From Podarcis melisellensis (Eukaryota): DNA of 64,000 bases. Positions 24,901 to 36,745 of the stretch are shown here, one piece after another. The notes below the pieces were generated by a model, which ran no database searches, was not told the DNA's origin, and saw only the letters and a list, made by a program, of their open reading frames with translations. The first letter of the stretch is position 1; every line of letters begins with the position of its first letter. Location of the stretch: NCBI GenBank assembly GCA_964234715.1, contig OZ174275.1, one strand, 5' to 3'. The position numbers were made by a program, and so were the translations under genes.

Positions 24901-27586
24901 CCTGAGCGCACGTAGTGTGGATTCTGGTTCTTTATACTCGCAGAACCCAAAGGCTAGGGGATGAATAATTGAGATTTATAAAAGCAAATTTTAAAAATTA
25001 TATATCCACATGAGAGCAACACCCACACCCAATTGCCTTTAATATCAACTATTTGTTTTATGATTACACCAAATATATGGTAGGACCTCAGTTAAAACAC
25101 ATTTTTAAGTGCCTTAAAAAATCTTCAGCCCAATCCCATAAACCCAAGCAACTGCAATTCAGAGGGTGAAGGCTACACCCATCCTGTGATGCTGCCTTTC
25201 ATCTGAAATCCCATTATGGTCAGTTACTCGTTTTTCAAAAATACTAGGTTGCTGCAACATTTAACTGGCTGCATAAAGTTACAATCCACTCTTCAGTAGT
25301 AGGGGAAGCTGGTTAACATGGCAGCATTAATTCTCAGTGCCATGTTGGTACAGTACAGTTGGGCAGCAAGCAGTGCCAGAACAAGTGCCCAGATCACCAC
25401 TGATCTGCAGTGGAAGGCACAACTTGTGTTCCATCCGATACACTTATTGACTCACAGAATAGCTCAGAGGAAAAATAAAATTAAGCCCTTGCTACTGAAG
25501 CGTGGGCACTTCAGAAATTTAACCAAGCTTGCGTATATCCTCATAGCTATTAGAGGGAAAAGAAAAGGAAAAAAGTATATATACCTTGAAGTTTTCCAGA
25601 TGCTCCTTGAACTCTCTTCCAACTCAAAACCAAGCCACACTTCTGTAAAATATTTTTAACATAATGTTTATTGAGGCAATTGATTTTTTATATTTTTTTT
25701 GCTACTCAGAAAACTTCTCTCACTCTTCAAAGTTCTCAATGAATTTTGTGTCAGTTGAGAAGACATCCTAAAAGAAATTAGCACACCTAATAATTGTGGT
25801 GGTGTCTAGTATTTTATTATCACAACCTTGCTAATCGTCATTTAACCTCTTCTACCACCTCCACAGACAGCTCCTTACTCCTTGTACATAAAAGTTTGTC
25901 TTAAAACATATCCTCTATTATCTCTCAGTGGGTTTGATTATTTTTTAAAAGGAGAGGAAAAAGAACCAGATTTTTTAAAATACTAAAAATTTCAAGTTAC
26001 CACTTCCCTATTTATAAAGTGTCTCTTTAAAAACAACCTGGTTTAAAATGAAATATGAATTAAGAACTGTACTTCTATATACTGATAGGGTTGCATCTTA
26101 TAAAGCACGATCGTACATTGGCACTTGCACTACCAAAATCTGGAGAATTAGGCGACACACCAGAGCAAATTCTGGGGTTTGTATGTGGCTGGAAAGGGAA
26201 AAATCAAAATCAAAGTCTCATTCTGCAAATGGGTTGCCAGAATTGCATCTCACTTATAATTTCTTAAAACCCTACTAATCATGATAATTTATAATCACTT
26301 GGTTGGTTAGGTCATGGTGCTGATAACACCAAGGTTGCAGGTTCGATCCCTGTATGAGACAGCTGCATATTCCTGCATTGCAGAGGGTTGGACTAGATGA
26401 TCCTTAGGGTCCCTTCCAACTCTACAATTCTATGATTCTAAAGGCTGCCATGTTTAAAACCCTAATCTACAACCCTGGTGAGTTGAAGGTCTGCCATCTC
26501 CTTCCAAATACTCATTTCCTTGACTGAAGTCTTTGCAATAAGGCCCTGTTACATCTGCTCCTTTTATCTGAGGCATAGCAATTAGATATGGTCTTTTCAG
26601 TAGTGGTGCCCCAGCTATGGAACTTTTTTCCTAGGCAGAAATATCTTTTAAACTTTACACAATGAAAACCTATTCTTTCCTGGATATTTGCCCTTCAAAT
26701 CCAATCTGATTTAAGTTTTTTAATTGTGCCATTGTAACCCACTAGATAGGAATCTGGTTTTAATTTTGAAAATCATTTGTAGCTCATATTTGATTTTTAT
26801 TGTTATTATTTTTATGGACTGTATTTGCTATTTCAGTTTCTGATTTAATGTATATGTTTTAGTGTTCTCCACTAAAGAACATAAGGCCAGCCATCCTGGA
26901 TCAGGCCATTGGCCCATCTAGTCCAGGATCCTGTTCTCACAGTGATGAACCAGCTGCCTATGGGAAATCTTCACGAAGGACCTGAAAGCAACTGTACCTC
27001 TCCCAGCTTGTGTTACCCTTGACATACTGCTAGTGAAGGCATAACCTAGCCTTATTTTCCATGAAAAGAGCTACTCCAAGAGTTTAGTTTGGTAACAGCC
27101 TAAACTACATCAACCCACCACTGACTATCCTAACACAATGCAAAGAGATTGGTAAATTAGTAATTTGTACTTAGCTTCAGGGCTGAAATAATATGTAGCA
27201 ATAATCTAGCATTTCATAGATTCAGGCAGCCGTGTATTGGGAAATTTTAAATGTCTGATGTTTCAACAATTTTTTTATATGCTGTAAGCCACCCACAGTG
27301 GCTGGGGAAACCCAGCCAGATGGGTGAAGTATAAATATCATCATCACCACCACCACCATCATCATCAAATTGTAGAGTAGGAAGGGACCATGAGGGTCAT
27401 TAGTCCAACCCCCTGCAATGCAGGGATTTTTTTGCATGTTTATTGGGGGTAGATTATTTATCTTTGTAGGGCAGCCCCTCATGTGTCATGAGATTTGGTC
27501 TGGAGGGCCCTGATCTTGAGGGTGGACTTTCCAGAGTGGCTGGGGAAGCCCAGCCAGATGGGCGGGGTATAAATAATAATTATTAA

Positions 27587-27635
<49 letters not shown>

Positions 27636-29012
27636 GGAAGAGGTGAGCTAAAAAGCCCTGCATGCATATGGAACACTTAACATGAAAGAATTTACGGTAG
27701 CTAACATTTTAAAGAAAACAAAAAGTCAATGAGACCAATGAAAAATTAAGCAACACTAAAATCTCTAATCAACACAATGCAAGGTTGCTTTCTAAAAGGC
27801 AATTCCACTTACGGCAAGAAGCTGTCGTATAAGCATGTCTGAAGCCTTTTCAGATATGTTGCCTACGAAAACAGTAGTAGTGGGACCGCTGTTTTCATCA
27901 TTTTCCTTGTTCTTTAGACCTGGATGTTCCTTTCTAACTCCCATATGTTTTCCAACCATTGACACGGTAGTTGGGACCAGAACCTGAAAGACGAGGAACA
28001 AATACCTCTTGTGATTTTTTTCCCACTGCAACAATTAGTAAGTTCAAAAAGCACTGTTCCTAAGGTACCAAGCAGGAACTTAGCATTAATTATTTTTGCC
28101 TGAACAGATTAGCCTGCAAAGGAAATTTCATACAGTTCCTTTGAGTCGATTCTGCTTCACAAATTGCAATACACGTGCTTTATAAATAAAAGCACACAGG
28201 AAATAGCATATAAGTCAGGAACCTTGTATTTAAGTGTGTTACACTGTTACAGCCTTGCAATTTTTCATGCGCATTCTTTTCAAATTCAAAGACGTCACCC
28301 CAACCATAGTTAGTGTCAGTGCAGATCCAATGATTAAACATGGTTAAAGCCAAAAAGCGAAAGGAGGTAGGACATTGTTTTGGAGGAGAGTGGGTCATGG
28401 GAATGGTTCCCAATTTGCTAACTATGATATGGGATCAGTACAGTGTTACATATACAGTAGGGAGAAGATGAACACAACTATGCTGTGTTTTATTATTTGA
28501 TGCTGCTAATTATGTCTTTATTGTTATTTATTTTAATGCTTTTTTATAAAGTTATCATTTAAATTAAAAATATATTTACAGTTAACAGTGGCTTATGCGA
28601 TACTTACAGTTGGTGCAGGAGCCATAATACCCATTGGCACAGGAATCATCGGTGTTCCTGTGAAATAAGAGGTTGCATTAATAGTCTCTGAGCAACAGCT
28701 ACCAAAAAACTATAAATATTTTTTCAAATCATGTATTAAATAGGCGGAACAGAACTGTTAAGTGCTCTCAGGAAGTATAGAAGCTGCAGGATCATTTTGT
28801 TCACATGTCACAAAGAAAAACTAAACACCAACCTAAAATGTTAAGATATTGCTGACCAATATAGAAGAATGAGGTTTATCAGACAAGCTTCTGATAGAAA
28901 ACTTACCAGGAGGTACAGGTGGAGGAAAACCTGGAAATTGTGGAGGTGGAATTCCAGGTGGAAGTGTTGGGATACCCATAGGAGGGCGATTCAAGTGAGG
29001 CGGAAAAGACAT
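3900..29012 (-). CDS. RBM25: RNA-binding protein 25, whole coding span (18 coding exons, 2517 nt, 838 aa)
   Basis: Spliced translation MSFPPHLNRPPMGIP...RRM (TTVFVGNISEKASDMLIRQLL)...RE/RD repeats...PWI (IRPWINKKIIEYIGEEE)...KKIGLVK*. All intron phases are consistent. Head-to-head with ZFYVE1 as in mammals. Confidence 0.97.
4142..4189 (-). CDS. RBM25: RBM25 exon 18
   Basis: VMAHSSPQSILDDVAM; 48 nt. Confidence 0.94.
5797..6002. mobile_element. TcMar/Tigger-like MITE, family A
   Basis: TA|CAGTGGTACCTC...CCACTG|TA. Confidence 0.85.
6411..6509 (-). CDS. RBM25: RBM25 exon 17 (PWI)
   Basis: TLMERRIRPWINKKIIEYIGEEEATLVDFVCSK; 99 nt. Confidence 0.95.
6595..6984 (-). mobile_element. Sauria-type SINE
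   Basis: Reverse head and tail; 12-bp TSD TTGTCACTTATA (6583-6594 / 6985-6996). Confidence 0.87.
7967..8255. mobile_element. TcMar/Tigger-like MITE, family A, with nested 60-bp insertion
   Basis: TIR CAGTGGTACCT, TA TSD. Confidence 0.87.
8502..8541. repeat. (TAAAA)n microsatellite
   Basis: Direct reading. Confidence 0.9.
8770..9044 (-). CDS. RBM25: RBM25 exon 16
   Basis: GACNSPNQPNAVKRKKL...ELFAYPLDWSIVDS; 275 nt. Confidence 0.95.
9369..9693 (-). CDS. RBM25: RBM25 exon 15 (ends at a GC donor)
   Basis: MEQEAERRRQPQ...PKIGLSLKL; 325 nt; phase requires TGG|GCAAGT. Confidence 0.92.
10065..10215 (-). CDS. RBM25: RBM25 exon 14
   Basis: GSALQKRLRDREKEMEADERDRKREKEELEEIRQRLLAEGHPDPDAELQR; 151 nt. 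Confidence 0.95.
11003..11076 (-). CDS. RBM25: RBM25 exon 13
   Basis: AKEAKRLKEFLEDYDDDRDDPKYY; 74 nt. Confidence 0.94.
11591..11720. repeat. Old GATCCA-terminated palindromic MITE
   Basis: GATCCAGCTTCTGCTCCC...GGGAGCAGAAGATGGATC arms of about 35 nt. Confidence 0.6.
12252..12341 (-). CDS. RBM25: RBM25 exon 12
   Basis: RLKNWEIRERKKAREYEKEAEREEERRREM; 90 nt. Confidence 0.95.
12822..13035 (-). CDS. RBM25: RBM25 exon 11
   Basis: REKSRDRERE...EEDAYERRKLERKLREKEAAYQE; 214 nt. Confidence 0.93.
13559..13839 (-). CDS. RBM25: RBM25 exon 10 (RE/RD repeat)
   Basis: KLEEEKGKKEKERQEIEKERRERERE...DRSRS; 281 nt. Confidence 0.94.
17500..17583 (-). CDS. RBM25: RBM25 exon 9
   Basis: EDINAIEMEEDKRDLISREISKFRDTHK; 84 nt. 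Confidence 0.94.
17841..17894 (-). CDS. RBM25: RBM25 exon 8
   Basis: IFRRFPVAPLIPYPLITK; 54 nt; weak GTTCGT donor. Confidence 0.92.
19880..20062 (-). CDS. RBM25: RBM25 exon 7
   Basis: NTRPETTTDDDEALDEEAKRRDQLIKGAIEVLIREYSSELNAPSQESDSHPRKKKKEKKED; 183 nt. Confidence 0.95.
20371..20726. mobile_element. TcMar/Tigger-like MITE, family B (CpG-rich)
   Basis: TA|CAGTGGTGCCTCGCAAGACG...CGTCTTGCGGGGCACCACTG|TA. Confidence 0.87.
22667..22870. mobile_element. TcMar/Tigger-like MITE related to family A
   Basis: CAGTGGTACCTCGTGTTACG / CGTAACACGAGGTAGCACTG TIRs. Confidence 0.82.
23336..23655 (-). mobile_element. Sauria-type SINE with internal deletion
   Basis: Reverse AAGGTA tail; 12-bp TSD CTGTATTATTAG (23324-23335 / 23656-23667). 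Confidence 0.87.
23921..24162. mobile_element. TcMar/Tigger-like MITE, family A, opposite orientation to the 5797 and 7967 copies
   Basis: TIRs, TA TSD; reverse complement of the 7967 copy. Confidence 0.87.
24793..24953 (-). CDS. RBM25: RBM25 exon 6 (RNP1 AFGFCEY)
   Basis: AFGFCEYKEPESTLRALRLLHDLQIGEKKLLVKVDAKTKAQLDEWKAKKRASNG; 161 nt. Confidence 0.95.
25585..25642 (-). CDS. RBM25: RBM25 exon 5
   Basis: KCGLVLSWKRVQGASGKLQ; 58 nt. Confidence 0.93.
26298..26440 (+). mobile_element. tRNA-head / CR1-tail SINE (Squam3-like)
   Basis: GGTTCGATCCC B-box followed by GGGTTGGACTAGATGA...CCCTTCCAACTCTACAATTCTATGATTCTA CR1 tail. Confidence 0.75.
27570..27634. repeat. (TTA)n microsatellite at a retroposon 3' tail
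   Basis: Direct reading. Confidence 0.9.
27813..27983 (-). CDS. RBM25: RBM25 exon 4 (RRM start)
   Basis: VLVPTTVSMVGK...TTTVFVGNISEKASDMLIRQLLA; 171 nt. Confidence 0.95.
28608..28657 (-). CDS. RBM25: RBM25 exon 3
   Basis: GTPMIPVPMGIMAPAPT; 50 nt; AG/GTAAGT. Confidence 0.93.
28907..29012 (-). CDS. RBM25: RBM25 exon 2 coding part (start codon; exon extends to 29025)
   Basis: MSFPPHLNRPPMGIPTLPPGIPPPQFPGFPPPVPP; AG at 29026-27; GTAAGT donor. Confidence 0.95.
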
Positions 29013-29964
29013 TTTTAGCAGTAACCTAGAAAAAGAATGAACCTATTAGCTTCAAATCAGTGCTTGTTTACAGATGTTTCTACTCTCCCCCTAAATGAGC
29101 AAGATGCTTAAAACCAGGTAGAAAACAGGAGCTCTAGCCTAACTCTAGCTGCCTAAGAACATCTTGCTCCAAGTTATCAGATATGAGATAGCTAACTGTG
29201 AAACACCTACAGAGAAAGCCCATTGAGCATGGTTCTCACCTCAGGTTGTTGCTACACAAACTACCCCCCTATGTAGGTAGGGCTAGCAAGTTTTGTGGAG
29301 ATAAAAGGCTCCGTTGGGAACACAGCTGATCCTAATAGCCACAAAGGCCTGGTCTGGATAAGAATTGCAGCTGAGCTGAATATTTCTTCCTTGCTGCTCC
29401 CTTCATTGCACACCAGCTTTGATGTGATGACCCTGGCTTGTATTAAGCCAGAATTCCCCATTATATCCAAACTGAGGAACTCCAACTTAATGCTGGATGA
29501 CTAATCCTCAAGCCCTCCCAAAGTCCTAGTCAAAGAGAAGGGTCTTCACCAATCTACAAAAAGTCAGCAATGTCAGTGATCAGATGCATCTCCAATGAGA
29601 AAACAGTTCTCCCATGGGGAAAGCATCAGTTAGGACCATTATGTGAACCGTATGACACAAATTTTTAAGCAGGCTCACTAAATTCCCATGTGCTTCCAAG
29701 TACAATTCTGGTACTGGTGTTTTATATGAAGTGTTAATATGGCTTTGATTCAGGAGGATTGCTCCTGCTGGATCAAAAGCCCTTGTGCTTGGACAATGGC
29801 ATCAACTGGATATAACCTACTATGTTTTTGAGGTTGCTTTTAGAGCTGGAATTTTTGCTTGGATTGTTTTTGTCTGCTGCTGCCCTGTGTTTAGATTTGA
29901 TGTTGTATCATCTTGCTATTTACTGCTTGCTTGTGCTATTTTATTATTACTACAATAAATAAAA

Positions 29965-30326
29965 GGGACGCGGGTGGCGCAGTGGGTAAAACCTCAGCGC
30001 CTAGGGCTTGCCGATCGCATGGTCGGCAGTTCGAATCCCCGCGGCAGGGTGAGCTCCCGTCTTTCAGTCCCAGCTCCTGCCCACCTAGCTGTTCGAAAGC
30101 ACCCCTAAGTGCAAGTAGATAAATAGGTACCGCTTTATAGCGGGAAGGTAAACGGCGTTTCCGTGTGCTGCGCTGGTGCCGGCTTGCCAGAGCAGCTTCG
30201 TCACGCTGGCCACGTGACCCGGAAGTGTCTGCGGACAGCGCTGGCCCCCGGCCTCTTAAGTGAGATGGGCACACAACCCTAGAGTCGGACACGACTAGCC
30301 CGTACGGGCAGGGGTACCTTTACCTT
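29965..30326 (+). mobile_element. Sauria-type SINE, CpG-rich (young)
   Basis: Close to the copy at 215; 14-bp TSD TACAATAAATAAAA (29951-29964 / 30327-30340). Confidence 0.9.
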
Positions 30327-33300
30327 TACAATAAATAAAATAAAATTTTAAAGAGGTGGCATATAAATTTATAAAACAAAGTAAATATTAGACAAGGCAC
30401 TTAATGCTTTTATTTGTTCAATTCTATACATGTTTACCTGAAAGCAAGTCCCGTTGAAATCAGTACTTACTTCCAAGTAAATGAAATATGGGTGCACCAG
30501 ACCAAAAATACCTACAGCTCAACAATAAAAAGCATGAAGGCTTGCTCTAACCATATGACCTCAGGCTAAGCTCAGTAGTGTAGCACCCTTTGCATGTGGG
30601 TTTCAGGTCCAGTTGTTGCCATCCGTAATGAAAAGATTTCAGGCTGGGAAAGACTCTTAAGTACCAGAAAGCTTTTACCACTTAGACTGAACAATATAGG
30701 ACAAGATGAACAAACAGCTGCTGCATCTGGATGACACAAGAAACAATCCTTTATCATAATGAGAATGAGTCTAGGTGAGCCTTGGGTTTGCGTGTCCCTA
30801 AATCCTCTGAAATAGTCACTAAATTTTTGTAATAACAGTCTGTGTTGCCTGAACCTGAAAAACTACTGTTAATCTTAACTATGATTTATTCAAATAAATT
30901 ACTTTCCAACCACAGGTAGTTAAGATTAACTAGAGTTTGTCAGATTGGTATGTCACCTCAAGCTGCAGTTAATAAAAAATGAAATCAAAACTGTCTAAAG
31001 TCCTCTCTGCGGTACACAAGCCCCAGACTCGCTTAGGCTTATTCTCGTGATATACCAAAGTTTAATGTGATGTCTGAAAGTGGTCAATATAAGGCAGCTT
31101 CTACATTACAACATGAATGGTAATTTAACCAAGCAGCAGTAAGACTAGTGCAAGGGAAAGCTTAACTGATATCAAAGGGGTACAGAAGTGTTGACTTTAT
31201 AGTGACCTAGGGAAGACAGAAGTAGTTGGTCCAAGGAGCATCTGAAGGTGGAAAGGAGTGTGGATTCATGAGCAGAAAATGGAATGGCTGGTCAATAAAT
31301 AAGTAAGATTTCAGCAGAAGGCAGGCATGGGAAATAAAGAAAACAAGTTGAAAGAAAGAGAGATAAAGGAACAGAGAGAGTCTTGGGTAGTACAGTAATA
31401 GAAAAACAAAGGGATGGAAGACCCAAAAATGTAAAGGAGAAAAAAGCCCTTCAGCTGTCTGGTGTGGAAAACCTAAACATTTTGGGGGTATCAGATGCTG
31501 CTTCATGAATCAATCTTCTACCAATTATGAGTAAACATTTAGAAGATTAGTAAAAATATTATTACTGCTACTCTTTGTTCCAAAGGATAAATTAACCAAT
31601 AAATAATTAAAATCCTGTTTTAAAAAGGCAGGATTGGCAATCATACAATGGATATATCACTGACATATTTATCACACCTGCCTCCCGCCACTCCCGTACA
31701 TGCAGTATTGCTTTAATTTTTTGGATAAAGTCCATGCTCAGTCACCAAGCTCACCACTTGCATGCGTAAGCCCACCACCTCATTGCCTGTCTGACTGTTC
31801 ATTACAGTAATCCAGTTACCAATGCATGGACTATGGTGGCTAGAATATTCCAATCCAGATATGGCTTTTGCTGGTGTAGTAGGTGAAACTGATTGAAGAC
31901 CCAACTTTTGTATACTGCTTAATGCCAAAACAAACTTATAAAGGGTTCGCAAGTAAACAAATCAACTACTGTACAGCTATAAACACCCATAATTAAAATA
32001 CAGAATTTAACACTTAAATCACACAAAGTACATTTTAAAGAAATATTTATACAGCACAAAAAATGGCATGGCGTACTTTTAAACCTCTCCCTACTATATA
32101 AAAGTCAAACATGCATGCCATAGCCAAACAGTTTAGGGTAGCATTACATTTTCTATAATTCCCCCTGTTCAGGAAATCCACATCCTAGGTAGAAAGCAAT
32201 GGGGAACATGTGAAAGCAAGTCATGAATGAAATTACAGCAGTGTTAGGTCTGAAGATTACAAGAGAAGCATTCTAATTTGACTGCTGGAAGGAAGGTTAG
32301 CAGGCAGGAGTTGCAGAAGTTCAAACCAGTTCAAACCATAAACAAGTTAGCAGTAAAGAGATAAATAAACCTGGAAAGACTGAAGGACTGACAAAACTTG
32401 GCCAAAAACCTTGGCCTGGATGGAGAAAAGTGCTTATTCCTAGAATGCTGCCTTAAAATAAAGAGCTCTGCCATAGTCATACATATAACTGTAAAAAAAC
32501 AAAAGAACTAAAAGATTTGTGTATTGAATAAATGTCAAGAAATAAAGGAATAAATTAAAACTTATTTCTGCCATGTTCAACTCTGGATACTGGCAAGACA
32601 GCTAGACAATAAACAGAGCTCAGAAGGATTCCAGGAGAGAGGGATACAGGTGAAAATCACATCAAAGCCATCAACTGTCCTTTGGGAAGGATTCCAGGAG
32701 ATGGGAATGCAGGCAAAGACTACATCAGAACCTGCTCCAGTAGATTTTTCCCACATTTCCCAGAGGGCGATCTACCACCATATGTCCTGTGGAAAGAATC
32801 CCAATGGTTCTGTATGTTGCTACTTCTTATCGTGTGTTGCTTTACTTTTTTTCAACACAGATTAATGTTACTTATAAGCTAGCTCGGAAGCATTTGTATC
32901 CTGAGAGGTGAGATACATGTGTGTGCAATAAAGATGAGACATTAGGACTGAATTTCCATTTGCACTTAGTTGAGTAAATTCCATGAAAATCAATGGTACT
33001 TCTGAGTAGACATGTATAGCACTGTCTTGCAAATATGGCATTTTAATGAATCCAGCTTTTATGATGAGGCTGTTCAGTATGCAAAAAGAGAAAAATAAGG
33101 AGTTAAAGGATGAATTCCATAGAATTCAAAGTTGGGGGGGGGGGGAGTCAGATAGTAAAAATCTTGGACAAAGCCAGGCTTTTAGATGCATGAAAGACAA
33201 AAAATTCCTGGTCATGTTATATGATCCCAGAATGTTTTCCATTTCTCATTTGTTGAAATATTTTTAAATAAAGTTTAAATTAAGAGGGACATAGACATAC

Positions 33301-33496
33301 ACCAAGCCACATTTCCACCAGAGATCCTGTAAATACCAACAGGTCTTTGCAGCTGTTTAATTTTTGCTTACCAACTCATCTTAATCTGTATTTTTAAAAA
33401 AATGATATTTCATGTTTAACACGTATATATATCATCTTGAAATGTATGGTGGTATAGAAATATATATATTAATAAATACAGGTGACCAACAAAATA

Positions 33497-33938
33497 CTGT
33501 ACTTTTCTGTGTATAAGACTAGGGTTTTTTTTACTCCCCCCCAAAAAAGAGGTTTAAAAACTGGGGGTGTCTTATACATGGGTAGTGGGTAGGGATGACT
33601 GGTTGCAGCCACGAGCTGCAGATTGTCATTGGCGATTTGTAGTGTGATCGGTGGCTGTGGCAAAGGGGTTCTTTGTATTAGTTGTGGGAAAGAGGTGTGT
33701 GATTGGTTGCTGCGTTAAGGGCAGCTGAGGATCGGCTGACGGTGATCGGGCAGCTGCCTGTAGCTGATGTGAGCGTTTATTAACAAGCAGCACAAGTGAT
33801 TGCAATCACTGGGTTAGTGATTTACTGCACCCCCCCCCCAAAAAAGCTCAACAACTGTGGGCAATTTTATGAAATTGGAGTGCCCAAAAATAAAGGGTGT
33901 GCTATACAAGAGAGCATGTTATACATGGAAAAGTACGG
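33497..33938. mobile_element. Tc1/mariner-superfamily non-autonomous element
   Basis: TIRs CTGTACTTTTCTGTGTATAA / TTATACATGGAAAAGTACGG, TA flanks. Confidence 0.75.
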
Positions 33939-35079
33939 TATTTGAAATACTATTATGCTTAGAAAAGAAAAAATGCCAAGATTATATAGAAGTTTGTTTT
34001 GATACACCTAAAGTTAAGCTATTTACATTGTATTAATTGTTTTAAGGTACTCCTCTTGCATGCTCTTCATCCTGCTATAGATTGTTTTATGTTTGAACAA
34101 ATTTCAGTAATCAGTCTGCACCAGAGATTGCAAGTTTGGATTAACTGGTGGCATCTTGGTTTAAATATGAAAAAACAAGATTATAGATGCAATACAGTTA
34201 GCATTTTTCTTAACATTTTATCAAAATGTTGCCTAAACACAAGTAGACAACTAGCTTAAGAGTCACCGGAAACAGAGCCAGAGGACTATGAACTACTGTA
34301 TTTTGGAATTGCATAAAATGATCTGAAATGTTCAGTGTTAATTTAACATGAATTTTCTGGAGATATTTAGAGATAGAAAGCAGTCAGACCACACAGCCTT
34401 CTAGTTCAGCAATACCTAGGCTGACTGGCAGTCTCTCTCCAGGATTTCAAACTACAGTCTCCCCCAGCCTTACCTGAAGATGCTTGGAACTGAATCTGAG
34501 ACCCTCTGCATGCAAAGCTGATGCTCTAACACTGAGCTATGATCAATATGCCAGCTCTCCCAGCATTATTTCTGCTGCAAGTCTAATTCAAACCAAGTTC
34601 CATTGGGGTTTCATTTCAGGTAAATGTTATTAAGGCTTAAAACACATTTCTCACACACATAATGGAAAACCTCCATTGAAGCTGTGCAGATTCATTACCG
34701 TTACATTCCACAGCCTTGCCTGCAATAAAGGAACAATAACCTGCTACTTAAAATACATTTATGAATGATTGATCCCAACCCCATTATGTGGGCATGTTGC
34801 AGGTACTTCTACGAGATTATCTGCATGTTCAAGTATAGAAGCTGCAGGATTATTAATTTTTTTACACGCTGAACTTGAAAGATAGCGAAGTTCAGCTTGC
34901 TGCTCAACATTTTGGAATAAAATTACCCATTTGCCAACGCACTGCCATATAGAAGCTTATTCTGCACGAGTGAGACCTTTCAAGAACACTGCGCTTTAAT
35001 AAGCTGACAATTCTGCCTACGGTGCGTGATCTGCGATGGCCCCATTCAAACGTACGAGTCAAAGCTTGATGCTCGTCAA

Positions 35080-36260
35080 GCTCTGAACACGCACGTCGTG
35101 AATCAGGCCCGTGTACAAAACACGCAGGGGGCTTCCAGGAACACTATAAGGCTTCGTTCTAAACGGGCTAACTCGCAGGGCGGTTGAGAGTGTGGCCCTG
35201 CCTTCCGAAGAAGCTCTCGTCCACTAGCGCCCCCCACAGCCTCTCCCTCCGCCCATCCGCTAAGAAAGGGGGGGACCTCCAAACAACCCCCTCCCCGCGA
35301 AAGAGGACCCGATCCCACCGCCCAGCTCCCCTCCCCCCTCGTGGCCTGTAGGTCGCGGATTCCGCCATTCCGCCTCCCCCGGGGAAACCAAGAGCGGACC
35401 CCCCCAACCCCCTCGACCCGCTCCCGCCCCCTGCTAGAGTGGCGCCCAGTACCGCAGGTGCCCCATGCCGGCGAGGCCCGTCATGTCCTCGCCCCCTCCC
35501 CGTTCCTTGAGGAGGATTAGCGGCAGCGGCCCGGACGTCACCCGCCTCTCACCGCAAGCGCTGCCGGAGGAAACGAGGCCTTTCCCTCGCGACGCCTCTA
35601 AACCCGGCAAAGGCAACTAGGCCGCGAACGCACCGCAATGAGCCACAGGCGCCGTCGCGTTACGCCGCTGGTCACGTGAGGGGCCGCCCCTGAGCGCCTT
35701 TCGTCAGAAGACCGGGCTGCAGCGCGCGCGGCCGACCATAGAGATAGGAGCTAGAGCGACCCCCGCTCCGAAAGGAAACAGAAACCTCTAGGAATCACCT
35801 CAGCTCTTCCCCACGGCCTGTCCGCCCGTCTCTCAGAGGGTAGAGTTGTAACTGACTAGTTTTCTCATTGAGAAAAATCGCCGAGGATTAAAGCTGAGTT
35901 AGAGAAAAGTGCGAACCTCTGCCCCTGCTGCAATGTTTCCTAGGAGTAGCGGCCTCCTTTAGCTCACACAAGAAGAGCGTCAGAAGGAATGAAGTCTGTG
36001 GTGCATCTCGTCAATTACCTGCAAAGAGGGCGGCGAGCGGCTTGACGACTGTGTCGCCATCTTTGCTGTGGGCAGTCTACACTACCGCATAATGTTTTGC
36101 GGCGAGCCGCCATTTCCCGGTCACATCTGAGCTTCTTTGGATTCTTACCATGGAAAACCAACATTGCAGAGCGTCTTTGTTCTCATCGACCCCTTCATGC
36201 ATTAAGCATACGCCAGCGCTTCAAGCGAACCTATTGGGGCTCTCTTCGTTTCCGAAATGG
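35080..36260. promoter_or_regulatory. CpG island / RBM25 promoter: E-box GTCACGTGA (35671-35679), GC boxes, YY1 motifs (36055-36063, 36106-36115)
   Basis: High GC and CpG density against a CpG-poor background; motifs read directly. Confidence 0.85.
35553..35650 (-). other. RBM25: RBM25 non-coding first exon (TSS approximate)
   Basis: GCG|GTGAGA donor at 35552 inside the CpG island. Confidence 0.55.
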
Positions 36261-36593
36261 CTTCCTAGACACGAACAGCCACAATAAACATTCAGGAACC
36301 CTGAACTGTAGGGCTCCGTACTTCAATAGCAGGCTGCCTTCAGTGCCTTCGGAAAAGCTATGAAAATAGGAACCTGCTGTGGCCTTATTTCTAGGTAGCG
36401 AAGCCAAGGTGTCTTGGTGTAGGGCAGCTTCATTCTTGAAATTTGAAATCCAAACAACTCTCTGAGGTAGATCAAGTTGAGTAGTAACTGGCCAAAGGTC
36501 ACCAAGTAAAATTCAGGGGGGGGGGATTTTGAACTTGTGCCTGATTTCCCCTGTTGTGGTTTGGCATTATAAGAATTTTTAGGTCGTATATAT

Positions 36594-36682
36594 CATAGCT
36601 GTCAACTTTTCCCTTTTCTTGCAAGGAATCCTATTCAGAATAAGGGAATTTCCCTTTAAAAAAGGAAATGTTGACAGCTATG
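36594..36682. mobile_element. Short palindromic MITE (hAT-like)
   Basis: CATAGCTGTCAAC...GTTGACAGCTATG TIRs. Confidence 0.7.
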
Positions 36683-36745
36683 ATAATAATAATAAATGTT
36701 CATAAATGTACCAAGTAAACACATATATAAATATATAAAACCACA

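Noticed and set aside
28877-28896. 7-bp hairpin just after the RBM25 exon 2 donor
   Set aside because: Too short and AU-rich to exceed chance.
29234-29253. Possible 12-nt UTR micro-exon (TAG|CAACAACCTGAG|GTGAGA)
   Set aside because: Poor pyrimidine tract and no supporting evidence.
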